Below, in pieces: positions 27,776 to 38,332 of a DNA stretch of 56,613 nucleotides. The position numbers and the translations under genes are program-made. How positions within the stretch are numbered: the first letter of the stretch is position 1; the number at the start of each line of letters is the position of its first letter. Source of the DNA: a virus (lineage: Duplodnaviria; Caudoviricetes); IMG/VR virus record IMGVR_UViG_3300036900_000166, positions 1 through 56,613 of that record. One strand, 5' to 3'. The notes under the pieces were generated by a model. The model saw only the letters and a program-made list of their open reading frames with translations, did no database searches and was not told where the DNA came from.

Positions 27776-28486
27776 ATGGCCGAACTCATAATTCAGGACT
27801 TCGGTGGGAAGCTCAACGGTGACATGGCTGGCACCCGTGCTCGATTGATTAAGGGTGGGTCGTGGAAGAAGCAGCGGATTGTGTGCGTCATCCCCGCCGA
27901 TTCAATGATTCCAGCCAAGGTTTACTTGAGCCACGTCAATCTGATTTATCCACCCAACAACGGTGTTTTGAGGATTCTGGCGTTGGGAGACGAAGTGGGC
28001 GTGGCGTACAGCCAAGCCATTGAGCAGGTGTTGGCACATCCAGAACTCAAGGATTGGGAGTACCTGTTGACCATCGAACATGATAATCTGCCACCACAAG
28101 ACGGTGTGATTAGGCTCATAGAAGTACTCGAAAACCACCCCGAATTGGCGTGTGTTTCGGGGTTGTACTTCACGAAGGGAGAAGGTGGTTGTGCTCAGAT
28201 CTGGGGCGATCCCAAAGATCCACTTCCCAACTTTCGTCCACAGGTTCCACAACCCGAAGCTTTGATTGAATGCTGCGGAACAGGGATGGGATTTGCCGTG
28301 TGGCGACTGTCCATGTTCAAGGATTCACGCCTTGCACGTCCACTGTTCAAGACCAAGAAGGACATTGGTGGCGTGGGCACACAAGACCTTATGTTCTGGG
28401 CTGAAGCAAGGAAATGGGGTTATCGTTGTGCTGTGGATTGCAGAGTGAAAGTCGGTCACATTGATGCTCAGGGAATCGTATGGTGA
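27776..28486 (+). CDS. GT-A fold glycosyltransferase
   Basis: YLLTIEHD (DxD-like), VSGLY, GMGF, QDLMF, G.R..VD.RVKVGH. Confidence 0.8.
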   Translation: MAELIIQDFGGKLNGDMAGTRARLIKGGSWKKQRIVCVIPADSMIPAKVYLSHVNLIYPPNNGVLRILALGDEVGVAYSQAIEQVLAHPELKDWEYLLTIEHDNLPPQDGVIRLIEVLENHPELACVSGLYFTKGEGGCAQIWGDPKDPLPNFRPQVPQPEALIECCGTGMGFAVWRLSMFKDSRLARPLFKTKKDIGGVGTQDLMFWAEARKWGYRCAVDCRVKVGHIDAQGIVW

Positions 28487-29184
28487 AAAACAAATCGAAA
28501 CGCAGCAAGACCAAGCCATTCGCACCGTGGGGAGATCCTCCTCGGTTTATTGCGATTGCTCCACCACCCACAACTGAAACAATTAGGTTGGATCTGGGAT
28601 GTGGTCCACACAAGAGGGAAGGCTTTATCGGGGTGGATTCCATCGCGTTCCCCGGTGTCGATGTGGTGCTGAACGTGGTCGATCCTATTTATGCGCCAAT
28701 TCCAACGGGAACTGACCTATGGTTCGAGTCGGCTTTTGAGCGAAAGATAATCGGATACAAATCATGGCCGTGGGCTGAAAATTCAGTGGAGGAAGCACAC
28801 GCTTCACATTTCTTAGAGCATCTTCAAAAAAAGGAACGGTGGCATTTCTTTAACGAACTGTATCGAGTTCTAAAACCCGGCGCTAAAGTCACCATCATCA
28901 CCCCTGATTGGTGCTCACAAAGGGCGTACGGTGACATGACGCACGAATGGCCTGCTGTGGCGGGGTTCTTCTGGTTTTACCTTTCAAAAGAGTGGCGTGC
29001 CGTGAACGCACCACACAACGACGCGCAACGCGTCAAGGGTGGGCTCTCCTGTAACTTCGGTGCGACATGGGGACCAACACTTCACCCCGACCTTGTGAAC
29101 CGAAACCAGGAATACCAGCAACACGCCATTAACTTCTGGAAAGAGGCTTCCCAAGACATGGTTTGCACTCTAACAAAGGCATGA
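28480..29184 (+). CDS. Class I SAM-dependent methyltransferase
   Basis: RLDLGCG, IGVD, SV.E.HASHFLEHL, E.YRVLKPG. Confidence 0.88.
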   Translation: MVKNKSKRSKTKPFAPWGDPPRFIAIAPPPTTETIRLDLGCGPHKREGFIGVDSIAFPGVDVVLNVVDPIYAPIPTGTDLWFESAFERKIIGYKSWPWAENSVEEAHASHFLEHLQKKERWHFFNELYRVLKPGAKVTIITPDWCSQRAYGDMTHEWPAVAGFFWFYLSKEWRAVNAPHNDAQRVKGGLSCNFGATWGPTLHPDLVNRNQEYQQHAINFWKEASQDMVCTLTKA

Positions 29185-32100
29185 TCCGAGTCCTTCTCAT
29201 TTTGTTTTTGGCGTTACCAGCAGGTGCCGCTCAGTGGTATGCCGCCACCAACGGTGTTGACGGTGCTGCTGGAACCATCAATGCACCTTGGACCCTCAAC
29301 TATGCCCTAACCAATCTTTCTGGCTCTCACGCTGTAGCAGGGGACACCATTTGGGTGCGTGGCGGCACGTATGGACTCGGAACCAACCCCGTTTACAACG
29401 TTACCATCACGGGCACTTCCAGCAACGCCCCGATCATCGTTCGGAATTACAATTACGAGCAGGCTTCGATTAATGGTGGATTTGCCCATTTCACCGATGG
29501 GTGGGTGTGGTTTTGGGGGTTGGAAGTTTATAACTCAAACACCAACCGAGTTTCGGACAGCACGGTTAGGGTTCCGGGCTTCTTCCTTTTGGGGCACGGA
29601 GATGCTGTGATTAACTGCGTTATTCACGACGCTGGAGCACAGGCCATATTCTACGGTGCTCAAGTTCAAGGCGATTCGGGGTTCCTCTACGGCAACGTGG
29701 CTTGGGGGAACGGCATTTACTCGCTCGACCCCGGATTTGGTGGTGCGCCAAGGGGTGACGGAACCTACATGCAGAACACCAATGGTACTCGGTGGATAAC
29801 CGACATGATCACCACGCGCAACATGAACTTCGGCCAGAAGGCTTATGCCGAACAGAGTTACGCCAATGGGTTCGTGTTCAATGGGTGCGTGTCCTTTGGA
29901 AACTCGGCTCGGGAAATGGTGGTGCAAGGCAACCACAACCAACTTACCAACATCGTGGTCACCAACTGCTTCTTCTTCACCGACCGCGAAGCCAGCGAGC
30001 CAATTCGTGTTGGGGATGTGCGCGTTGATCCGTCGAGCAGCCAGAACAACCAGAATGTTCTCTTTGCAAACAACATCGTGGCCGACAATGCTGGAACCAC
30101 CTTCACGTACCTGAACGAGATGGATTATTGGTCGGTGCTCACAATGACCAACAACACCTTCATTGAGTTCACCAAGGATGCGGGGAATGCAAGCAGTTTG
30201 GCGTTTTGGGAAATCATCCCCACCAATGTCGTCAGCTACACCATCAACCGGAACACGTATTACGGGAATGGATTTAACCCCGCGTACGATGATTGGAGAT
30301 ACGACAACACCCGAAGAACATTCGCTCAAGTGCAAGGATTGGGGTTTGAGGCTCAAGGGTCGTACATCACCAGCCTTCCGGTGACCAATTCGGTGTTCTT
30401 GAGGACCAACCTATTTGAACCGGGACGCGCCAACCTCATCGTTTACAACCCGCTCTCAAACAATGCTGTGGTGGTGGACCTGTCAGGCATCGGGCTCACC
30501 AACGGCCAGATGTTCAAGGTGCGCGACGTTCAGAATTACTTTGGCACCCCGGCACTGTTCAGCATCTACGGGATGAACGGGACCAGCTTTTCAATCCCCC
30601 TCAATCTCACAGCCATCACGCCATTAGTCGGCAACGTGACCAATTTCAACATCCCACCGACCTCCCACACGCCTACCATTTTCAACTGCTTTGTGATCAC
30701 GCCTTGGGTGGGTGCTACCAACCTTGCCGCATCGTGCTCACAGGTGGACATCCAAGCTGCCATTGCCGCGTCTCAACCGGGCGACACGGTGATTGTTCCG
30801 GCTGGCACCTGTGGACCCACGGTGAGCATTCTGGTCACCAACCAAATCACGCTTCTTCACCAAGGAACGGTGTTGCAGGACTCCATTATTGATAATGGAG
30901 ACGGTGCCAATTCCTCAATTTACCAAGTCGCGGTCGGACCAAGCCCACCAGTGCCAACAAGGATTACCGGAGCGACGTTCGTGACTGGAACCCAAGTCAA
31001 AAAACGATTTGATTCTGGAAACATCCATTTAGGGGGTGGCGCAACCTTGGTGCGTCTTGATCATAACAACTTTAACGCCACCTTGAACATCGGGCTTGGT
31101 GGCGGTGATTTCTTCGGTGTTGTTGACCACAATATATTCGATGCTCAAGGCGCGTTCACCCAACCAGTAAAGTTTAACCACGCGACCATATTTGGGGGAC
31201 AGCATGGGGACAATACGTGGGCGCTTCCTTCGTGGACCAATTCTTACGTCGAAGATGGTAGCGCAATATATTTCGAGGACAACGTGTGGACAAACACATC
31301 AGGCGTTTCCGGTCTTGGCGCTGACAGTCAGGGAGGCGCAAGGCTGGTGTTCCGGCATGAAATTGCTGACCGCATCATCTTCGGTGGCCACGGAACTGAC
31401 ACCACGGGCCGCGAACGGGGATCGCGCCTCAAAGACGTTTACAACTGTTTGTTCGTAAACCACGGAGACTCTGAGGTGGGCCATTGGCGTTCCGGTTCCG
31501 GTATGTGGGCTTCAAACACCATCGTCAATTCGGCTGGAGCGTTTACCATAAGGGCGTATCGGATGCTCTTGGGTGGGTTTTGGGGGCCAGCCAGCGGAAC
31601 CAACGTTTGGGATAATAACGACCCTACTATTTTCGCAACCGGAACGGTCGGAAATGGTGGTGCGCTTTCCATGACCGACAACACCCAAAATTGGACTCCA
31701 AACCAATGGCTTAACTTTACCATCAGAAACGTGGGTAGCGGCAGGGCTTCAGTGGTTCAGGGGAACACGGCCACCACCATTACATTCTCGGGATCACCGG
31801 ACACAAGCACTTCTCCCGACCTTGTGTTTGTGGGCGGGGACACTTACCAGTTGCGAAAGATTATCACCGTCTTTGATGAACCCGGAAGAGGCATGGGAAC
31901 GCTTATCAGTGGGAGTCCTCCGACCCCTGCTGCTTGGGCTAATGAAGCGGTTGACCCGATTTGGTGCTGGGGCAACACCATGAATGGCGCTCCTATAAGC
32001 ATGAACAATGGTGGTTATTATCCAGTGGTTGTTGGACAGGAAATCCGAAACGAAACCAACACTTCTTGGAAGCCTTACATTTACCCGCACCCACTCGTTT

Positions 32101-32198
32101 CCGGAACCAACGGGCCACCACCCATCCCACCTCAAACACCAACAAGAATTGCTCGTGTGAATATCTTGCGCGTGGGCGTCACCAAAGCAGGACCATGA
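29181..32198 (+). CDS. Secreted protein with two right-handed beta-helix (pectin lyase-like) regions
   Basis: Signal peptide MIRVLLILFLALPAGA; YAATNG..GT.NAPW...GDTIWVRGGTY; second start DIQAAI..SQPGDTVIVPAGT; C-terminal YPHPL. Confidence 0.8.
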   Translation: MIRVLLILFLALPAGAAQWYAATNGVDGAAGTINAPWTLNYALTNLSGSHAVAGDTIWVRGGTYGLGTNPVYNVTITGTSSNAPIIVRNYNYEQASINGGFAHFTDGWVWFWGLEVYNSNTNRVSDSTVRVPGFFLLGHGDAVINCVIHDAGAQAIFYGAQVQGDSGFLYGNVAWGNGIYSLDPGFGGAPRGDGTYMQNTNGTRWITDMITTRNMNFGQKAYAEQSYANGFVFNGCVSFGNSAREMVVQGNHNQLTNIVVTNCFFFTDREASEPIRVGDVRVDPSSSQNNQNVLFANNIVADNAGTTFTYLNEMDYWSVLTMTNNTFIEFTKDAGNASSLAFWEIIPTNVVSYTINRNTYYGNGFNPAYDDWRYDNTRRTFAQVQGLGFEAQGSYITSLPVTNSVFLRTNLFEPGRANLIVYNPLSNNAVVVDLSGIGLTNGQMFKVRDVQNYFGTPALFSIYGMNGTSFSIPLNLTAITPLVGNVTNFNIPPTSHTPTIFNCFVITPWVGATNLAASCSQVDIQAAIAASQPGDTVIVPAGTCGPTVSILVTNQITLLHQGTVLQDSIIDNGDGANSSIYQVAVGPSPPVPTRITGATFVTGTQVKKRFDSGNIHLGGGATLVRLDHNNFNATLNIGLGGGDFFGVVDHNIFDAQGAFTQPVKFNHATIFGGQHGDNTWALPSWTNSYVEDGSAIYFEDNVWTNTSGVSGLGADSQGGARLVFRHEIADRIIFGGHGTDTTGRERGSRLKDVYNCLFVNHGDSEVGHWRSGSGMWASNTIVNSAGAFTIRAYRMLLGGFWGPASGTNVWDNNDPTIFATGTVGNGGALSMTDNTQNWTPNQWLNFTIRNVGSGRASVVQGNTATTITFSGSPDTSTSPDLVFVGGDTYQLRKIITVFDEPGRGMGTLISGSPPTPAAWANEAVDPIWCWGNTMNGAPISMNNGGYYPVVVGQEIRNETNTSWKPYIYPHPLVSGTNGPPPIPPQTPTRIARVNILRVGVTKAGP

Positions 32199-32608
32199 GA
32201 ACTATTGTATCCGTACTTTTACTAAGTGCGCTGTCAGCACTCGCCGCTCCGCCTTTCCAAAACGTCACTTGGGCGTTGGTGTGGGACCAGCCCACCAACA
32301 TGCCTGTTTTAGCGTCGTATTCACCGGGAACAAATCAGGCTTACAAAGTTTACGGGACCAGCACTCTTGGCACGCCACAGGCAAACTGGCCCCTGCTAAC
32401 GGTGTTCACCAACTGGTTCTTGGTGACCAATGGACCGTCTATTTCACTGAGCAACAACGTGACCCTCCCATTTGCCACGCAGTTCTTTTTCACCATCAAC
32501 CCGACCAATGTGTGGGGTGAGCCCCCTTTTTCACTGGGCTATTGGGCAATGGCTCAGTCGGGTCCACCGTGGTCAACAATCAACAACCAAAACTTGAACC
32601 GTCAATAA
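32195..32608 (+). CDS. Secreted beta-rich protein
   Basis: Signal peptide MRTIVSVLLLSALSALA; L.WD...YKVYG...W. Confidence 0.7.
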   Translation: MRTIVSVLLLSALSALAAPPFQNVTWALVWDQPTNMPVLASYSPGTNQAYKVYGTSTLGTPQANWPLLTVFTNWFLVTNGPSISLSNNVTLPFATQFFFTINPTNVWGEPPFSLGYWAMAQSGPPWSTINNQNLNRQ

Positions 32609-32670
32609 ACCGTGTGAGGCGTACTGTGCCGCTTCCGCCATTGCCAGGAGCCACACAATGAAAGGCTCTT

Positions 32671-32940
32671 ATGGATCTATCAAAGTATATGTCTGCTCGC
32701 TTCAACCCTACGTTGTCATGGGACGGTGTTGCTATAATCGGTTCATGCGTTTGTGCGCTTCTGTGGTTCGGCACACTAAAGGCGACCATTGAGCAGCATT
32801 CACAAACCCTCAAGCACCACGAAGAATTGCTCCAATCGCTCTCTGAAGGCCAGAAGCTCATTTCTCAAAACATCGCCGTATTGCAGACGCTCGTAAATGA
32901 AAGGACCGGGAACACGTTTCCTAAATCTAAAACACAATGA
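32671..32940 (+). CDS. Single-TM plus coiled-coil protein (lysis-module-like)
   Basis: Hydrophobic VAIIGSCVCALLWFG followed by heptads. Confidence 0.6.
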   Translation: MDLSKYMSARFNPTLSWDGVAIIGSCVCALLWFGTLKATIEQHSQTLKHHEELLQSLSEGQKLISQNIAVLQTLVNERTGNTFPKSKTQ

Positions 32941-33299
32941 TAAAAAACATCCTTACGCACTGGCGCACAAGCCTTCCGGGGTTCACCGCTTTGGTGACTT
33001 CACTGGTGACATTGGGGGCAATGATCATCAACCACAACGCCAATCAAGCTGCTGTGATTGCTTCTTTGACGGGCGCATTCACTGGACTTGGGCTTCTGTT
33101 CTCTCAGGATTACACCCAAGGTGCCAAGGCGCACGCAGAGTCTCAGGCTCAGATCGCAGAGCTTCAGTTGCGGTCCAACATCGTTCCAAATGCCATTGAG
33201 AGTGGGGACACCAGCCAGCTTCGTCGAGTTCCAATGACCCCGGCTGCGGTGCCGCCTCCACCAATCCCGCCTGTTGCTAATCAACCCCAAAACCCTTAA
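32937..33299 (+). CDS. Holin-like two-TM protein
   Basis: HWRTSLPG...GLGLLFSQD, resembling W.TT..G...GL..AKD small holins. Confidence 0.55.
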   Translation: MIKNILTHWRTSLPGFTALVTSLVTLGAMIINHNANQAAVIASLTGAFTGLGLLFSQDYTQGAKAHAESQAQIAELQLRSNIVPNAIESGDTSQLRRVPMTPAAVPPPPIPPVANQPQNP

Positions 33300-33310
33300 C
33301 GTTAAATTCA

Positions 33311-33655
33311 ATGAAAAAGCTATTGCTATCAGCCTTACTTCTCGCAATTCCACTAGCCCCAGTGGGCTGGACCGGCATGACGTGTGCCAACAACAATAAA
33401 GTCGCCTATCAAACCATCGGAGCCACTGAAGCTGCCGTGCTTGCGGCAAACTTGGCGTATCTGGACCAAGTGGTTACCGGAGTGGTAAAGACCAACGGCG
33501 TACCCGCTGTGGAATCGGCCTTTAATGACACGCAAATGGCCCTACGTGCTGCCGCAGCCATCGCCTCGGGCGGAACCAACGCTGCCGTTCCAGCGACGGC
33601 CTTGGCCAAAGCCACGGCGTTCACCAACACCATCATGTCCGCTAAACTCCAATAA
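33311..33655 (+). CDS. Exported/lipoprotein-like Ala-rich protein (possible spanin-type)
   Basis: MKKLLLSALLLAIPLA...GMTCA. Confidence 0.55.
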   Translation: MKKLLLSALLLAIPLAPVGWTGMTCANNNKVAYQTIGATEAAVLAANLAYLDQVVTGVVKTNGVPAVESAFNDTQMALRAAAAIASGGTNAAVPATALAKATAFTNTIMSAKLQ

Positions 33656-33657
33656 TT

Positions 33658-33903
33658 ATGCCAGCCGTAATTGCACTCCTTCCATCCATAATTCAGATGA
33701 TCACGCAGTATGGCGTTCCTGCCGTGGAGCAGATTTACAAGATGTTCTCCACGACCACCGGACCCACACAAGCCGATTGGGATGCTTTGAAGCAGTTGAC
33801 CCAAACCACGGCACGCCAGCAAATGATGGCGACCTTAGCGGCACATGGTATTGACCCTGCTTCACCTCAAGGACAGGCGTTTCTGGCTTTGACCCCGGCT
33901 TAG
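33658..33903 (+). CDS. Small amphipathic protein
   Basis: Coupled to the preceding lipoprotein-like gene. Confidence 0.55.
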   Translation: MPAVIALLPSIIQMITQYGVPAVEQIYKMFSTTTGPTQADWDALKQLTQTTARQQMMATLAAHGIDPASPQGQAFLALTPA

Positions 33904-33906
33904 TGT

Positions 33907-34758
33907 ATGCCACTGCTCAGACCTTGTGACGATTCCGTAAATTGCCCTGACGATTTTGTCGGCAATTTCAGTTCCGAGGCTGACGACACGCTGGACTTTA
34001 TATCCAGGAAGTACGCACCCGCGCCACCCAAGATAAACAACCTGTGGACGGCCATTGGTTGCGGAACGACCTTCACCAGCACCATTTCACAGGCCGACGC
34101 TGACCAACAAGCAGCAGCGGTAATCGCCCTTTGCACACAGCAGAACTGCCAAGGGGTATGTAACAACAACCCGACCTTCTGCAACACCCCACAATCGGGG
34201 TGCGCTTCATGTCCAGATGGCACACAGACCTGTTTTAGTGTGGCGGCGGGGGTGTTCTGTGGGTATGCGAATCAGGCATCAGCCGACTCCGCAGCACTCC
34301 TGTTTGCCGTAAGGCAGGCAAGGCTTAATCCTGTTTGCCTGTCGCCACTAACAAAATGCACTTGTGTCGGAAACGGTTACTCATCGACCATTACTAGCAC
34401 CCTTCCGGTTACGTGGACTTTGGTGGATGGGTCATTGCCACCGGGGTTGACCTTTGGTGGTGGAACCGGATCTTCCACCACGATTTCGGGTATTCCAACA
34501 TCATCGGGGACGTACACGTTCCAAATCGAAGCCCATAACCAATTCGGGTTCTTCAACGTCAAAACCTATTCCATTGTGGTCCTTGAGATTGTGACCCCAT
34601 CACCGTTGCCACCATACACCGTTGGCGTCCCGTATGGCCCTGTTCAGCTTCAGGCGGTGGGTGGTTCAGGCAATTACCAGTGGAAGATTTCCAGTGGTTC
34701 TCTGCCATCAGGACTCACGATGGACATTAACGGCCTTATCTCGGGCACACCCACGTAA
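33907..34758 (+). CDS. Cys-rich virion protein with putative Ig (He_PIG-like) domains
   Basis: W...GSLPPGL...ISG.P..SGTYTF; second GSLPSGL...ISGTPT; N-terminal STISQADAD (DUF5977-like). Confidence 0.75.
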   Translation: MPLLRPCDDSVNCPDDFVGNFSSEADDTLDFISRKYAPAPPKINNLWTAIGCGTTFTSTISQADADQQAAAVIALCTQQNCQGVCNNNPTFCNTPQSGCASCPDGTQTCFSVAAGVFCGYANQASADSAALLFAVRQARLNPVCLSPLTKCTCVGNGYSSTITSTLPVTWTLVDGSLPPGLTFGGGTGSSTTISGIPTSSGTYTFQIEAHNQFGFFNVKTYSIVVLEIVTPSPLPPYTVGVPYGPVQLQAVGGSGNYQWKISSGSLPSGLTMDINGLISGTPT

Positions 34759-37190
34759 TGGCATCCGACGTACGCATCACCACGGGTCAGAGTGCCTTTG
34801 ATTACGGGGTCGATTCGTCGCGTGTCCCACTCATCCAGTCGCAAGGCAACCCCAACGGACTCCAGAGAACCGCCCTTGCATGGCTGGTCAACGGCACGAC
34901 CAGAGGTGGCGGAATCACCCCGAGGTTCGGCCAAATCCCCCTTTGCAGGGTGCATGATGGAAGCGCGATTTACCAAGGCGGACTCCTCTATGACAACTCG
35001 CTCTTTGGTGGAAATCCGTACCTGATGCTCTCCATTGGTGGGAGGATGTACCAAGTGCGGGTGGACACGGACAACTCCGTGGTCGATGTTACTGGGTCTT
35101 TCCAAGACCCTGCCACCACCGAAAAAGCTTACTTCACCCAAGGAGAGCAATTCATGGTGAAGCAGGCAGGAGACGGGGTGACGCTTCCATTGTTCTGGGA
35201 TGGGTTTACGCTGCGACGGTCCAACGGTGCCAACTTCAACCAAGGCACCACCAATGCCGGATTTGTGGTTCCCGCTGTGGGCACGGGAGTGCTTGTGACC
35301 CTAAACTCCCCCTTCACTGGTCCAGTTAACCAAGTGCTTCAGTTGTGGGACTCTGCTACACCTGGACATTTCCTTAAGTTCATTCAGGTGGTGCCGGGAA
35401 ACTTTATCACGATTAAGAACATCGCCTCTTCTGCGGGTATTGTGGTAACGGCTGGAACTGCTGCAAAGCTTTCTTCTGACGGTTCAACGGTGGGTGTGTT
35501 CTTGGCTGATTTCACCACTCCCGCCGTGGGTGCCACCGTAAACGTTAAGATCACCCCGGAATATTCTGGAACAATCCCAGAGAACATCACGATTCAAGGC
35601 GCATCATTTCAGGTCACAGCTACGGGGGCAGCGGCACCCGGAGCCAACCAAATTTACTTGGTTCTGTTGGCCGACACCACGCCAACATCGGTCGGTGACA
35701 CCATCGCTGCCGGTACGATCGCCTATGCCACTCGTGAGCTTCCAGCGGCACAGTCGATGGTCTATTACATGGGACGGTTGTGGTACTCCCAGAACCGCAA
35801 ATGCACAGCAGGGGACATCGTGGGTGGACCTTCTGGCACAGTTGAATACCAACTCTCCGACGCAATCCTCAAGGTGACCGAGAACCCCCTTGCGCTTGCC
35901 GGCGACGGTTTCACGGTGCCGGGACAGGCGGGGAACATTCGCGCCTTGAGCTATCCCATCGCTTTGGACACGGCTTTGGGTCAGGGACCACTATTCATCT
36001 TCACCACCAAGCAGATTTATTCCCTCACAGTGCCAGTGACACGCAAAGACTGGATCGCCGCCGACTCCAACAATCAACCCCTTCAAAGGGTGGTGATGAG
36101 GACCAACGGAACTGTGTCCGACCGAAGCGTGGTGGCCATCAACGGAGACCTATTCTTTCAATCCTTGGACCCTGCCATACGGTCGTTCTTCATGGCCCTT
36201 CGTTATTTCGGATCGTCGTGGGCCAATCCGCCCATCAGCAACAACATCAACCGCGCCTTGGACAACCAAGACCGTGGGCTGATGCATATGTGCAGCGGCA
36301 TGGAGTTTGGTGAGCGGGTCTACCAGACCATTCTCCCCTTCCAAACGACCGTAGGCGTTGCTTTCAAAGCCTTGGCGGTGCTCGACACCGACCCGGTTTC
36401 CACCTTGCAAGACCAGAAACAACCCGTGTGGGAAGGTATTAGCACTGGACTCAACATCTTGCAGGTATTCTCGGGTGACTTTGGTGGGCTTGAACGTGCC
36501 TTTGCGGTGGTCCAAAGCGAAATAGACGGGTCGATTTGGGTGTGGGAACTGTCCAGCAGCGCCAAGTTCAATGGCACACCGGACCAGGATAACCGCACAG
36601 AGTTCTTCTTTGAAACGCCTTCCTTCGATTTCAGTGAGTATTCCCGTGAAGCTGGTGGCGGGTCGTTTGAACTCAAGGAAATCGACGGGCTGGACCTGTG
36701 GTTGGACCGCGTGTTTGGTGATGTGCTCATCAAGGTTCAGTTCCGACCCGACGAGGACCAATGCTGGTACGATTGGGACACCACCGAGATTTGTTCAGGT
36801 CGAACGTGCGCCGAAGATGTGAACACCCCCGCGTGCTACCCCATCACACCCAAGACCGAGGGTTACCGGATGCCGATAAGCTTCCCCAAGCCGACCAATC
36901 CGGTGTGTTCAGTGGGCAACCCTCGTCCGGTGACGTGGGGTGGCAAGTTCCAACTCAAGTTCACCATCAAGGGGTGGTGCCGCGTGCGCGGGTTTGAGTT
37001 TCACTGCTTGGCCAAGAACAAGTCACCGAATTACAACCAGATTTGCACGGATGACTTCAGGCCCAAGGTCAGGCGACAAATCATACCGACCCCACCAACT
37101 CCACCACCCACCAATGGAGAGGTGTTGGGCGATCCGAACACGGGGGACATTTTTGGAGACGGCAGTGGTGGAGAACTCGGAATTCCTTAA
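34758..37190 (+). CDS. Tail nozzle / stabilisation protein (T7 gp12 / P22 gp10-like, probable)
   Basis: 810 aa, beta-rich; N-terminal LVNG..RGG.I.PRFG; propeller-like YYMGRLW, GDLFF; upstream of the ejection genes. Confidence 0.6.
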   Translation: MASDVRITTGQSAFDYGVDSSRVPLIQSQGNPNGLQRTALAWLVNGTTRGGGITPRFGQIPLCRVHDGSAIYQGGLLYDNSLFGGNPYLMLSIGGRMYQVRVDTDNSVVDVTGSFQDPATTEKAYFTQGEQFMVKQAGDGVTLPLFWDGFTLRRSNGANFNQGTTNAGFVVPAVGTGVLVTLNSPFTGPVNQVLQLWDSATPGHFLKFIQVVPGNFITIKNIASSAGIVVTAGTAAKLSSDGSTVGVFLADFTTPAVGATVNVKITPEYSGTIPENITIQGASFQVTATGAAAPGANQIYLVLLADTTPTSVGDTIAAGTIAYATRELPAAQSMVYYMGRLWYSQNRKCTAGDIVGGPSGTVEYQLSDAILKVTENPLALAGDGFTVPGQAGNIRALSYPIALDTALGQGPLFIFTTKQIYSLTVPVTRKDWIAADSNNQPLQRVVMRTNGTVSDRSVVAINGDLFFQSLDPAIRSFFMALRYFGSSWANPPISNNINRALDNQDRGLMHMCSGMEFGERVYQTILPFQTTVGVAFKALAVLDTDPVSTLQDQKQPVWEGISTGLNILQVFSGDFGGLERAFAVVQSEIDGSIWVWELSSSAKFNGTPDQDNRTEFFFETPSFDFSEYSREAGGGSFELKEIDGLDLWLDRVFGDVLIKVQFRPDEDQCWYDWDTTEICSGRTCAEDVNTPACYPITPKTEGYRMPISFPKPTNPVCSVGNPRPVTWGGKFQLKFTIKGWCRVRGFEFHCLAKNKSPNYNQICTDDFRPKVRRQIIPTPPTPPPTNGEVLGDPNTGDIFGDGSGGELGIP

Positions 37191-37192
37191 TT

Positions 37193-38332
37193 ATGAGAAA
37201 GCTTTTGTTGCTGATGCTAGTTGCGGTTGGACTTCCGGCAAGTGCTGCCACCATCAAGTTCTTCACCGATTATCCGAACTCAGTCCCCGTGGGTTCCGAC
37301 TTCTTTGTGTTTCAGCGGAACCAAAGCTACATCAACGCTTCGGTGTCACAGGTCAAAGGGGATTGGTTCAACAACCCGGTGTTCACCGGGGTCGTGACGG
37401 GGATCACCAACATCAGCTTCATCACGGTGTCGTCCACTACGAACATAAACCAGTTTGACTTCACAACGAACCTGTTCGTGAACAATTCGTACTTTACGAA
37501 CGTGACGATTGAGCAACCGGGAGGGCTCACCAACCTGAACCTCAACCCAAAGACAGTGATGTATGCCGATGTCAACGACGCTGAAGCCAGCATTCCAAAT
37601 GCTTCGGGTGTGCTGACAAACGACGGTGCTGGTGGAATCGGGTTCAACAACAAGATCGTTTTGGACGAGATTGATGCCTTGAATTTCTTCCCGACCAACT
37701 TCTTCACCGGGCTCACTAATTATTCAGTGTTGGGAACGGATGCCAACGGACTGCTCACGCTTGGAAGCAGCACGACCAACCTAACGGTGACCAACCTGAC
37801 CGTCACAACCATTTACGCATCCACCAACTTCAGCACAAACTCGTTCTTTGTTTCCGGCAAGGGGAACACGCTGATCATCACAAACACGTTATTTGTGACC
37901 AACGGGATTAGTGCGTTGAACCTCAATCCGAACCAGTTTGTGGCGAGCGACGCCAATGATAAACTGGTCTCCACGCTGAACGGCAACACTCTTACCAATC
38001 TTCTCCTTTCAGCAATAGTTTCGCCAACCAACGGAGTGTCCACGGCAAGCTCGATTGATTTTTCACTTTCAGAGGCTTTGACCAACGTTGCTGGGGCTGT
38101 TTCTCAAACCTCGTTCATAAACGCCAACCCAACCAACATAAATCACGCGATCCGGTATTACGTGAATCGCACCGGCAGCGACCAGACGATCACGGTGGGA
38201 GCATGGGAAACGGACAGTGCGAGACAAACGCCAACGACTTATATCAACACCAACAACACCACATTGGCGCTCATGTATAGCGTTTATTTCGGTCAGTTCA
38301 CCAATGTTACAGCTTACAAGACTTTCAGATGA
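37193..38332 (+). CDS. Secreted Thr/Asn-rich protein
   Basis: Signal peptide MRKLLLLMLVAVGLPASA; about 20 TN dipeptides. Confidence 0.75.
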   Translation: MRKLLLLMLVAVGLPASAATIKFFTDYPNSVPVGSDFFVFQRNQSYINASVSQVKGDWFNNPVFTGVVTGITNISFITVSSTTNINQFDFTTNLFVNNSYFTNVTIEQPGGLTNLNLNPKTVMYADVNDAEASIPNASGVLTNDGAGGIGFNNKIVLDEIDALNFFPTNFFTGLTNYSVLGTDANGLLTLGSSTTNLTVTNLTVTTIYASTNFSTNSFFVSGKGNTLIITNTLFVTNGISALNLNPNQFVASDANDKLVSTLNGNTLTNLLLSAIVSPTNGVSTASSIDFSLSEALTNVAGAVSQTSFINANPTNINHAIRYYVNRTGSDQTITVGAWETDSARQTPTTYINTNNTTLALMYSVYFGQFTNVTAYKTFR

